Below, piece by piece: positions 1 to 7,317 of a stretch of DNA of 64,000 nt. How positions within the stretch are numbered: the first letter of the stretch is position 1; every line of letters begins with the position of its first letter. The DNA is from an uncultured Bifidobacteriaceae bacterium. Lineage in GTDB: Bacteria > Acidobacteriota > Vicinamibacteria > Vicinamibacterales > UBA2999. The stretch covers positions 1,234 to 65,233 of the forward strand of contig CAZUGF010000010.1 of assembly GCA_964619705.1 (NCBI GenBank). Direction: 5' to 3'. The notes below the pieces were generated by a model. That model made no database searches. It was not told where the DNA came from and worked only from the letters and a program-made list of their open reading frames with translations. The position numbers and the translations under genes are program-made.

Positions 1-314
1 GCGCCATCGTCGTCGCGCAGTTGGCGTACTGGGTGCGAACGAAGGAAGGCCGGCAGAGGCAGGCGTTGCAGGCATGGCTCACACGGCTTGTCGACGCGCT
101 GCACGGACGGATCCACGGATTCAACGTGCCGGTGGCACACGTCTGGGCGGAGCAGGAGCGACTGTTGGAGAAGGCCGGCCAACGCATGCCTGTCGAGGAC
201 AGCTACATTGCCGCGACGGCGCGTCGACACGGTCTGACGATCGCCACGGGAAACGATCGAGACTTCAAGCGACCCGGGCTCAAGGTCTTCAATCCGTTCA
301 ACGAACTCTCGTAG
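1..314 (+). CDS. PIN-domain toxin (VapC/FitB-like), 5' end outside window
   Basis: ORF 21..314 is open to the window edge. It has the C-terminal half of a PIN fold, with acidic residues in VEDSYIAATA and TGNDRDF. The partner antitoxin would lie upstream of the window. Confidence 0.75.
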   Translation, partial: AIVVAQLAYWVRTKEGRQRQALQAWLTRLVDALHGRIHGFNVPVAHVWAEQERLLEKAGQRMPVEDSYIAATARRHGLTIATGNDRDFKRPGLKVFNPFNELS

Positions 315-400
315 GGTCACGTCGCCTTCCGGACGGTTTCAGAGGAGTCTTCTGCCTCCGGCGCAGCGGGCAAAATAGTGGCGAAGATCTTTCGATTTAC

Positions 401-450
401 GCCGCTTCTCAAATCAACCAGTTGCGGAAATCGTCCAGTGCGGCGAGCCA
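401..450. repeat. 50-nt element, copy A (partner at 4244..4293)
   Basis: Hand alignment with 4244..4293 gives 40 of 50 identical positions. It lies in a gene-free gap. Confidence 0.7.
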
Positions 451-829
451 CTTACATTTCGAACAGGCACACCTCTCCCGACTTGTCCCCTATTGGATGA
501 ACGCAATGTCGGGACGAACCTTACAAGCGTCGCGATCTTCTCTTTCGGCGCGGCTTGCTGCGGCTCGTCTGGCTGACCGCCGCTGACGGGCCGAACGGCC
601 GTGGCCGTCGTGTCGCGCGCACGGGACCACTCCAGCAGCACCTCGACACAGACGCACGTGCTCATCGCGAAGGAGACCGGTGCGGCAGGGCAACCCAATA
701 AGCCCGATGAAGCGATCTGCAAGGATGAGCCTTTGACCTGCTTCCCATAAGTTATTGATTTGCCATGCATTTAGGCTCTCTGGGCCGGGCTCGACCTTGT
801 TCTGGGGAAAGGCCTCGATTGATGATGTG

Positions 830-858
830 TTGACAACGTGTATACAACGCGCTACGGT
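830..858 (+). promoter_or_regulatory. Candidate sigma70-type promoter and operator of tacAT
   Basis: TTGACA (830-835), a 17-nt spacer, then TACGGT (853-858), about 45 nt upstream of the tacA ATG. The spacer contains the perfect 8-bp palindrome TGTATACA (839-846). Confidence 0.4.
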
Positions 859-903
859 TGGGACATCGACGCCTAGACATGGTCGTCGCTTGGGGAGCAA
901 ACC

Positions 904-1188
904 ATGGCAGCCACGTCAACCGCCGCGCGGACTCGAACCATCAATATCCGCATCGAGGAAGAGCGGCGCACGCTCATCGATCGAGCCGCTGAAGCTGCCG
1001 GGAAGGACCGTACTCAGTTCGTTCTGGACGCAGCAACCCGTGAAGCGACAACTGTACTTCTCGACCAGCGGTATTTTCAGCTGGACACAGCTGCGTTCGC
1101 GAAGTTCAACGCTGCCCTGGATGCGTCTCCCGCCGAGAACCCGCGTCTGCGGGAGCTTCTCTCTAGAAAAGCGCCCTGGGAGCGATGA
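904..1188 (+). CDS. tacA: DUF1778 ribbon-helix-helix antitoxin (TacA-like)
   Basis: 94 aa. The N-terminal RTINIRIEEERRTLIDRAAEAAGKDRTQFVLDAA is the RHH pattern of DUF1778. There is a 4-nt ATGA overlap with the downstream GNAT gene. Confidence 0.85.
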   Translation: MAATSTAARTRTINIRIEEERRTLIDRAAEAAGKDRTQFVLDAATREATTVLLDQRYFQLDTAAFAKFNAALDASPAENPRLRELLSRKAPWER

Positions 1189-1703
1189 GTGCGGAAGGAA
1201 TTAGCGCTCCAGCGCACCTGACAGCCGAGCACGACGTTAGCGCTTTCGACTCCGGTACCCCTGAACTCGACAATTGGCTGAAACGCCGAGCGCTTGCGAA
1301 TGAGGCGCTGGGCACCTCACGGACCTACGTCGTGACGGCAGGCGGACGTGTGGTCGCCTTCTATGCGCTTGCGAATGGCGCAGTTGCTCATAAGGACGTG
1401 TCCGCCAAAACGAGGCGCAACATGCCGGATCCAATTCCGGTGATGGTGCTTGCGCGTCTGGCCGTCGATTCTGCTCACCAGAAACAAGGTCTTGGCTCCG
1501 CGCTTCTAAAGGACGCTCTGCTCCGCACCATCGCGGCCGCTCAAATCGCCGGCATTCGCGCGGTACTGCTTCATGCGATGTCAGACGACGCGAAGCGCTT
1601 CTATGCACGTGCCGGATCTCACCAGTGTCCGGTCGATCCAATGATGATGATGATCACGCTCGCCGAGGTTGAGAAGAACCTCAGCCCGCCCAGCGCTAGC
1701 TGA
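1185..1703 (+). CDS. tacT: GNAT acetyltransferase toxin (TacT-like)
   Basis: 172 aa. It shows the GNAT-toxin pattern FDSGTPELDNWLKRRA ... LARLAVDSAHQKQGLGSALL ... AKRFYARAG. It is translationally coupled to the DUF1778 gene. Confidence 0.85.
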   Translation: MSAEGISAPAHLTAEHDVSAFDSGTPELDNWLKRRALANEALGTSRTYVVTAGGRVVAFYALANGAVAHKDVSAKTRRNMPDPIPVMVLARLAVDSAHQKQGLGSALLKDALLRTIAAAQIAGIRAVLLHAMSDDAKRFYARAGSHQCPVDPMMMMITLAEVEKNLSPPSAS

Positions 1704-1783
1704 CGATTCTTTGGCAGGTAACACTCGACGTGCCGGGACTCAGCAATGAGCCCGGCGCGCTTCGTTGGAGTGCAGCGCCACAC

Positions 1784-2263
1784 TTACGCGCCAGGCGGCA
1801 GCAGCGTGAGGCCGTAAGTCCTTGCGAGGCCAACCAGCTGCGCCGGGCTCGGAGGCGGCGAGCATCGGGCGATCTCCAGGAAATACTCCTCCAATCCACC
1901 GGGCGTGATGACGCATACGAAGCGGCCGGGCGTCTCACCCACATTCCGGAAGCCGTGGACGATGCCGCGGGGTAGAATCGCGCAGCCGCCCGCGGAAACA
2001 GTCCGCCGCTCGTCGCCCAGCGACACTTCGTAGGTGCCATCGAGCACGTACACGATCTCGTCTTCGTTCGCGTGCACGTGGCGCGGCGGTCCCCAGCCCG
2101 ATGGCGTCGCCTGCTCGAACACGGTGAAGCGGCCGTCCGTGTCAATGGCACGGGCGATCAGGCGTATGCTGGCGCCGAGCATGGTGAACGTCACGCCATC
2201 GCTCGAATCGCTCAGCGCGGGGAGATGACCTGTCGGCGCAGTGGCTGCGGTGCTAGTAATCAT
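1784..2263 (-). CDS. Cupin domain protein
   Basis: ORF 1784..2314. The cupin motifs are HVHANEDEIVYVLDG and PRGIVHGFRN. The start was moved to the ATG at 2263, which has GGAGG 7 nt upstream. Confidence 0.8.
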   Translation of the reverse strand: MITSTAATAPTGHLPALSDSSDGVTFTMLGASIRLIARAIDTDGRFTVFEQATPSGWGPPRHVHANEDEIVYVLDGTYEVSLGDERRTVSAGGCAILPRGIVHGFRNVGETPGRFVCVITPGGLEEYFLEIARCSPPPSPAQLVGLARTYGLTLLPPGA

Positions 2264-2367
2264 GGCGTTGCCTCCTGACAATGTGGCGTTGCCGAGCCGT
2301 TGAACAAGAACCACGATAACGCCGCGAGAAATGGCGCGATCCTCAATGATCGCTAGCGGTTTGCTAA

Positions 2368-2877
2368 ATGATCACTAAACGCGACGCCGTGGAGAGTCCC
2401 GTTGCGATAGACGACGCGCTGAAGGCGTTCATCGAGAGCGGGGTCTCGGTGGTGGTCGGCACGCGTGACGAGAGACTCGTCACCGAGCTCGTGCGCGCAT
2501 GGGGACCGCATGTGAGTCGCGACCGGCGAACCCTTCGCATGTGCGTCCCCGAAGCAACAAGCGTTCGGACGCGCATCAACCTCGTGGGAAACGGCCGGAT
2601 TGCCGTGGCGTTCTCACTGCCGAGCAACTACGAGACGGTGCAGCTCAAAGGCCATCATCTCCGCACGACCAAGCCAAGCGTCGAAGACCTGCTCAGGGTG
2701 GAACGCCACCGCGGGGCGTTTGCCGGCGTGAACGAATCGATCGGTGTTCCTCGAGCGCGTGTCGAGGTCTTCTGGCGTCGCGAGCTCGCGGGGTCGCCGC
2801 TCCTCGTGACGATTCACTTCGTCGTCGATGCCATCTTCAATCAGACGCCCGGTCCAGCGGCCGGTGCTCCGCGATGA
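2368..2877 (+). CDS. Pyridoxamine 5'-phosphate oxidase-like (FMN-binding split-barrel) protein
   Basis: 169 aa. It resembles the split-barrel flavin-binding family (VVVGTRDERLV..., GRIAVAFSLP...). ATGA overlap with the next gene. Confidence 0.6.
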   Translation: MITKRDAVESPVAIDDALKAFIESGVSVVVGTRDERLVTELVRAWGPHVSRDRRTLRMCVPEATSVRTRINLVGNGRIAVAFSLPSNYETVQLKGHHLRTTKPSVEDLLRVERHRGAFAGVNESIGVPRARVEVFWRRELAGSPLLVTIHFVVDAIFNQTPGPAAGAPR

Positions 2878-4226
2878 GCGGGATCTCGAGCGTGCCGGCG
2901 ACCCTCGACGCGATTGCGTCGTGCTTCGAGGGCATCGTTCCCGCAACGATCTGCTCCTGTGGCACGGATGGCACGCCGAACGTGACCTACCTCTCGATCG
3001 TGCACCGCGTCGACGAGTGGCGTGTCGGCCTGTCGTATCAGTTCTTCAACAAGACGCGGAAGAACGTGCTCGAGAACCCGATGGTGCAGGTGGTTGTCGT
3101 GTCACCGGGGACTGCGGATCAGTACCGGTTGGATCTGCAGTACGAACGGACCGAGGTTGACGGTCCCGTGTTCGATCGCATGAGCACGCGGCTCGCGGCG
3201 GTGGCGTCGCAGACCGGAATGAGCCAGATTTTTCGGCTTCGTGGCGTGGACGTGTTTCGCGTGCTCGACTGTCGTCCGGTGAATGCGGAGATTCAGGTGG
3301 AAGCAGCGCCGCTTCGCCAGTACCTTGCCCACATCGAGCTGCTGACCGGGGAGTTGGCCGGCTGCCTCGATCTCGACTCGCTCTTCGAGACCGGGCTCGC
3401 GAGTCTGGCCACGCTGTTCGGATACGAGCACGCGTTCATCATGATCCCTGACGAAGCAGGCCAGCGCTTGTATACGATCGCGAGCCGTGGGTACGATGCG
3501 TCCGGCGTTGGCTCGGAAGTCTGGCTCGGCACCGGCATGCTCGGCGTGGCGGCCGAGCGGCGCACGGTCGTTCGGACCACCAGCATGACGCGCGATGTGG
3601 TGTTCTCACGGGCGGTTCGAGCGTCGATCGAGCAGTCCGGTGCGCGTCACCTGGAACAGGAGATTCCGCTCCCAGGGCTGCCGCATCTGGAAAGCCAGGT
3701 CGTGGCGCCACTGGTCACGCACGGCGAGTTGCTCGGGATCCTGTGCATCCAGAGTGACGAAGTCGGCCGGTTCCTGGTGGACGACGAGCGCGTGATTCAG
3801 ATCGTCGGACGACATCTAGCGGCGGCGATGGCCACCCTGAGGAACCGTCCACCCGCTGAGTATCCTGCTGCTGAGCTGCGTCCGCCCAGACCGCCCGCAG
3901 GCGTGACGTCAACGATCAAGCACTATCAATCCGACGACAGCATCTTCGTCGACGATGCGTATCTGATCAAAGGAATAGCAGGACGGATCCTGTGGAAGCT
4001 GCTCCAGACTTACGATAGCGAGCAACGTGCCCGGTTCACGAACCGTGAGATTCGCCTCGACGAGAGCCTTCAACTACCAGATATCAAGGATAACCTCGAG
4101 GCCCGGCTGATCCTGCTGCGCCGCCGCCTTGCAGACAAATCTGAGGTCCTGAAACTGGTTCCCGAAGGTCGCGGGCGGTTCCGCCTCGACGTCCGACACC
4201 CGCTGGCTCTCGTCGAGCATTCGTAA
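2874..4226 (+). CDS. Split-barrel (PNPOx-like) plus GAF sensor protein with conserved C-terminal domain of unknown function
   Basis: This is the in-frame ATG at residue 126 of ORF 2499..4226. The N-terminal domain (ICSCGTDGTPNVTYLS...VVVVSPG), the GAF core (FGYEHAFIMIPDE...GELLGILCIQSD) and a C-terminal roughly 110 aa region (HYQSDDSIFVDDAYLIKGIAG...RLILLRRRL) are visible. Confidence 0.75.
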   Translation: MSGISSVPATLDAIASCFEGIVPATICSCGTDGTPNVTYLSIVHRVDEWRVGLSYQFFNKTRKNVLENPMVQVVVVSPGTADQYRLDLQYERTEVDGPVFDRMSTRLAAVASQTGMSQIFRLRGVDVFRVLDCRPVNAEIQVEAAPLRQYLAHIELLTGELAGCLDLDSLFETGLASLATLFGYEHAFIMIPDEAGQRLYTIASRGYDASGVGSEVWLGTGMLGVAAERRTVVRTTSMTRDVVFSRAVRASIEQSGARHLEQEIPLPGLPHLESQVVAPLVTHGELLGILCIQSDEVGRFLVDDERVIQIVGRHLAAAMATLRNRPPAEYPAAELRPPRPPAGVTSTIKHYQSDDSIFVDDAYLIKGIAGRILWKLLQTYDSEQRARFTNREIRLDESLQLPDIKDNLEARLILLRRRLADKSEVLKLVPEGRGRFRLDVRHPLALVEHS

Positions 4227-4243
4227 CAGTCCCTGTTACTCAG

Positions 4244-4293
4244 GCTGCTTCGCGGATGAGCCAGTGTCGAAAATCGTCCAGCGCGGCGAGCCA
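4244..4293. repeat. 50-nt element, copy B (partner at 401..450)
   Basis: 40/50 identity to 401..450. It overlaps the RBS and first 10 codons of the XRE gene. Confidence 0.7.
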
Positions 4294-4575
4294 TCCGCCT
4301 CCGCGCGCGGTGCATTCAGGCGCGCTACCGCGCGATGTCTCGCCGACGCCCGCAGGGCGAAGGTGGACAGGATCCGCCGTGCGCGCGGGATGGCGCAGGT
4401 GGCCCTGGCGTCGGCCATGGGCATCTCGCAAGCGCAGATCACGAAGGTCGAGCATCAGGCCGACCTCTACGTCAGCACGCTGCGTCGATTCGTGGAAGCG
4501 ATGGGCGGGGACCGGGAACTCGTGGCGCGGTTCCCGGACGGCGAGGTCGTGGGCGTGAGCCTCGCGACGCGTTGA
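4264..4575 (+). CDS. XRE-family helix-turn-helix protein (antitoxin-like), no adjacent toxin
   Basis: 103 aa with a GTG start. The HTH is GMAQVALASAMGISQAQITKVE, followed by STLRRFVEAMGGDRELVARFPDG, which is typical of HigA/XRE-type antitoxins. Confidence 0.75.
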   Translation: MSKIVQRGEPSASARGAFRRATARCLADARRAKVDRIRRARGMAQVALASAMGISQAQITKVEHQADLYVSTLRRFVEAMGGDRELVARFPDGEVVGVSLATR

Positions 4576-4738
4576 GCCAGTGTGGCCGTTCGGCATACGC
4601 GGACCTTACCGGGCCGCGACGACACCACCCGCAGCGCGTCGCTCACGTTCTCCGGCAGCCATCGCGCACATCCGCAGCGACACGTTCTGCGATGACCTGC
4701 CGTTCCATCGCCAGGAGTGTGTGGCGTAGACTCGCCGC

Positions 4739-5296
4739 ATGGGACTCCTGACCTTCAGCATCAACGTCACCCTGGACGGCTGCGTCGACCACCAGGAGGG
4801 CATCGCCGACGACGAGACACACGCCTTCTTCACCCGCCTCATGGACGAAGGCGGGGCGATGCTGTGGGGCCGCGTCACCTACGAGATGATGGAGAGCTAC
4901 TGGCCGGCGGTCGCCCGCGGCGACGAGGAGGCGCCGCCGGCGATGCGCGAGTGGGCGGTCAAGCTGGAGGCCAAGCCGAAGTACGTGGTGTCGTCGACGC
5001 GAAAGGACTTCCCGTGGACCAACAGCCACCACATCGCCGGCGACCTGCGCGCGGGCGTGCAGACGCTCAAGGACGCGACCCCGGCCGGCGTGCTCCTCGG
5101 TAGCGGCACGCTCGCGACCGAGCTGGACCGGCTGGACCTGATCGACGAATACCAGTTCCTCGTCCACCCCAGGATCGCCGGCCACGGTCCGACCCTGTAT
5201 CAGAGCGGGCTGCCCGGCACGCGACGGCTCGAGCTGGTCTCGGCGAAGCCGCTCCGCTGCGGCGCGGTGGCCCTGCACTACCGGCGCGCGCGCTGA
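4739..5296 (+). CDS. Dihydrofolate reductase-family protein (RibD C-terminal domain)
   Basis: 185 aa. FSINVTLDGCV..., MLWGRVTYE..., KYVVSST..., LLGSGTLATELDRLDLIDEYQFLVHP match the RibD_C/DHFR-like family. Confidence 0.85.
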   Translation: MGLLTFSINVTLDGCVDHQEGIADDETHAFFTRLMDEGGAMLWGRVTYEMMESYWPAVARGDEEAPPAMREWAVKLEAKPKYVVSSTRKDFPWTNSHHIAGDLRAGVQTLKDATPAGVLLGSGTLATELDRLDLIDEYQFLVHPRIAGHGPTLYQSGLPGTRRLELVSAKPLRCGAVALHYRRAR

Positions 5297-5437
5297 CTCA
5301 GAGCAGCGGCACTCCGGGCGCCCGCCCGGGACGGTGAGCCAATCCGACGCGCTTTCCGCTTGTAGGAAGGACAGCCACGGCATCGCCTGAGAACGGACCA
5401 CGGGTCGCTGGTGCCGGGCCCCGCTGCGGACACGTGT

Positions 5438-6211
5438 ATGAAGACAGCCGGGATCACCAATACACCGTTCCAGGACGAGCGTCGCACACGGCAAAGGTCC
5501 CGGCTGTTCGTCGGCCTGATGGTCGCGTTGACGATCCTCGCGATCGCAGGGTTCTCGCCACGGTACTACTGGCCGCTGCTCACGGGGCAACCGCTGCTCC
5601 CGTTGCTGCAGCATTGGGGAATCGCCGTTCACTCGGTCCTCAATCTGGCGTGGCTGACCTTCTTCGTGTTTCAGGCGTGGCTGGTCTCGCGTGGACGAAC
5701 CGACCTCCACATCCGGCTCGGGCCCTGGCTCGCGGCGTACGGCCTGCTGCTGGTCGTCCTCGACTATGGGATCGGCATGATGATCGAGGCCCATCGCGTC
5801 GCACTGGGCGAGCCAGTCGACCGGGTCCTACCGATGACGTTTGCCATCGTTCGGGACCTCGTCATGTTCGCCGGCTTTCTCGTCGCGGGCATCATCTACC
5901 GAAGAAAGCCGGCTGTTCATCGGGCCCTGATGTTTCTGGCGACGTACTCGTTGGTCGTGGTCGGCCTCGGACGGTTCCTGGGCATGCTGGCTCCTTCCGT
6001 GCACGGGGCGGTCCTCATCGCCATCTTCTCCGCCCCGATCGTCGTGGCGGCTCTCTACGACTGGCGCACACGGGGACGGCTGCAGCACCTCTACGCCGTC
6101 GGCCTTGTCGTGTATCTGCTGTTCAGATCGCCGGCCCAGGCGATCTGGCTTCCCATTCTCCGCGAGCGCTGGCCGCCGATCGGGCGGGCGTTGCTGCAGC
6201 CATTCTTATAG
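5438..6211 (+). CDS. Integral membrane protein, unknown family
   Basis: ORF 5411..6211. It has multiple hydrophobic segments (about 7). The start was set at the first ATG (5438); the GTG at 5411 is also possible. Confidence 0.6.
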   Translation: MKTAGITNTPFQDERRTRQRSRLFVGLMVALTILAIAGFSPRYYWPLLTGQPLLPLLQHWGIAVHSVLNLAWLTFFVFQAWLVSRGRTDLHIRLGPWLAAYGLLLVVLDYGIGMMIEAHRVALGEPVDRVLPMTFAIVRDLVMFAGFLVAGIIYRRKPAVHRALMFLATYSLVVVGLGRFLGMLAPSVHGAVLIAIFSAPIVVAALYDWRTRGRLQHLYAVGLVVYLLFRSPAQAIWLPILRERWPPIGRALLQPFL

Positions 6212-6225
6212 GGAGATGACACCCC

Positions 6226-6690
6226 ATGATGCGACTGACCGTTACCATCGCCGTGATCGCAGCCGTCTCGTCCGTATCGCCGTGCCTGGCGCAGAGCGTC
6301 ACGCCGGAAGGCATTGCCGATCAATTTGCCCGGGCATGGAGCACCCACGACAGGGCTGCATTCGACAGGCTCTTTACCGACGACGCCCACTTCATTCCGA
6401 CCTATGACCTCGTGGCCGAGGGCCGCGCGGATGTGGTCGCCGGTATCTATCAGGGACATCAGGAAGGCACCGGCGGGTTCCGAGAGACGAGCCTCACCAC
6501 GAGCAAGGTGTCGGTCCAGCCACTGGGCACGGACGCCGCCGTCGTCCACTTCAATGTGTCGATCCATCTCCCTCCGGGCCGCAACCTGCCTCCCCTCGAA
6601 CGAACCCTGCTCCTGGTGGCGGTCAAGCAGCAGGACGGCTGGAGAATCGCGTCGGGGCAGCTGACGAAGCCCAATTGCGGGCCCGGCTGA
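6226..6690 (+). CDS. Secreted SnoaL-like/DUF4440 (NTF2-fold) protein
   Basis: 154 aa. The signal peptide is MMRLTVTIAVIAAVSSVSPCLAQ. FARAWSTHDRAAFDRLFTDDAHF and DGWRIASGQ are typical of SgcJ/EcaC-like NTF2-fold proteins. GGGAGA lies upstream. Confidence 0.75.
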   Translation: MMRLTVTIAVIAAVSSVSPCLAQSVTPEGIADQFARAWSTHDRAAFDRLFTDDAHFIPTYDLVAEGRADVVAGIYQGHQEGTGGFRETSLTTSKVSVQPLGTDAAVVHFNVSIHLPPGRNLPPLERTLLLVAVKQQDGWRIASGQLTKPNCGPG

Positions 6691-6737
6691 TTGGGTCTGA
6701 CGTGACGCGCGGGAGCTCCCGGCGCGCGGCCGAGCGC

Positions 6738-7307
6738 TCACGGGTTCGCGCTCAACTCCCGGAACAGCCACGTGCGGGCGAAGAGCCAGTCGCGCTTGAC
6801 CGTGGCCACGGACACGCCGAGCGCCTCTGCGGTCTCGCGATCGTCGAGCCCGGTGAAGAACCGCAGCTCCACGACGCGCCCGGCACGCGGCTCGACCTCC
6901 ATGAACCGGCGAAGCGCCTCGTCGAGTGCCAGCAGATCGTCGTGGGGCGCGTCGGCAAGGCCCTCCGCCTGAGAGAGTGGGACCCGGATGTGTCGACCCG
7001 CGCGCTTCCCGGCGTTGCGGGCGCGCGCGTGATCCACGAGGATCCGCCGCATCTCCGTCGCCACGGCCGCGAAGAAGTACGCGCGGCTCTTCCACTCGAC
7101 GACACGGTCGGCAAAGAGTCGCGCGTAGGTCTCGTGCACGAGCGCCGTGGGCTGCAGCGTATGATCCGGCCGCTCCGCTCTCAGGTAGCGCGCGGCGATC
7201 CGGCGAAGCTCGGGATACACGAGGGCGACGAGTTGCTCGCGGGCGTCGGGATCCCCGGTGCGTACCCGCTCCAGCAGCACTGCCACCCGGTCGGCGTCGT
7301 TCGACAT
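6738..7307 (-). CDS. ECF-type RNA polymerase sigma factor (Sigma70_ECF / TIGR02999-like)
   Basis: 189 aa. LVALVYPELRRIAARYLRAERPDHTLQPTALVHETYARL (region 2) and ETAEALGVSVATVKRDW (region 4 HTH) are present. Confidence 0.9.
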   Translation of the reverse strand: MSNDADRVAVLLERVRTGDPDAREQLVALVYPELRRIAARYLRAERPDHTLQPTALVHETYARLFADRVVEWKSRAYFFAAVATEMRRILVDHARARNAGKRAGRHIRVPLSQAEGLADAPHDDLLALDEALRRFMEVEPRAGRVVELRFFTGLDDRETAEALGVSVATVKRDWLFARTWLFRELSANP

Positions 7308-7317
7308 AGGGATGCAA

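Noticed and set aside
2499-2873. N-terminal extensions of many track ORFs. Examples are 2499, 10425, 16241, 17684, 18628, 21381, 25560, 28895, 34798, 36065, 37669, 42623, 43034, 47219, 54624 and 61875.
   Set aside because: The extensions are compositionally junk-like and overlap upstream genes. Internal starts give canonical N-termini, RBSs or ATGA/TGATG coupling with the preceding gene.
4257-4583. 11-nt direct repeats TGAGCCAGTGT flanking the XRE ORF, as a possible target-site duplication of an inserted cassette.
   Set aside because: A single 11-mer match within a few hundred nt is expected by chance several times in a GC-rich 64-kb window. There is no integrase, transposase or terminal inverted repeat nearby.
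4240-4596. 118-aa minus-strand ORF antisense to the XRE gene that carries the conserved WLAALDDFRHWLI ending.
   Set aside because: Apart from the last roughly 17 codons, it is Arg/His-rich junk, and it fully overlaps a convincing HTH gene on the other strand. Only the terminal 50 nt is treated as a relic repeat.
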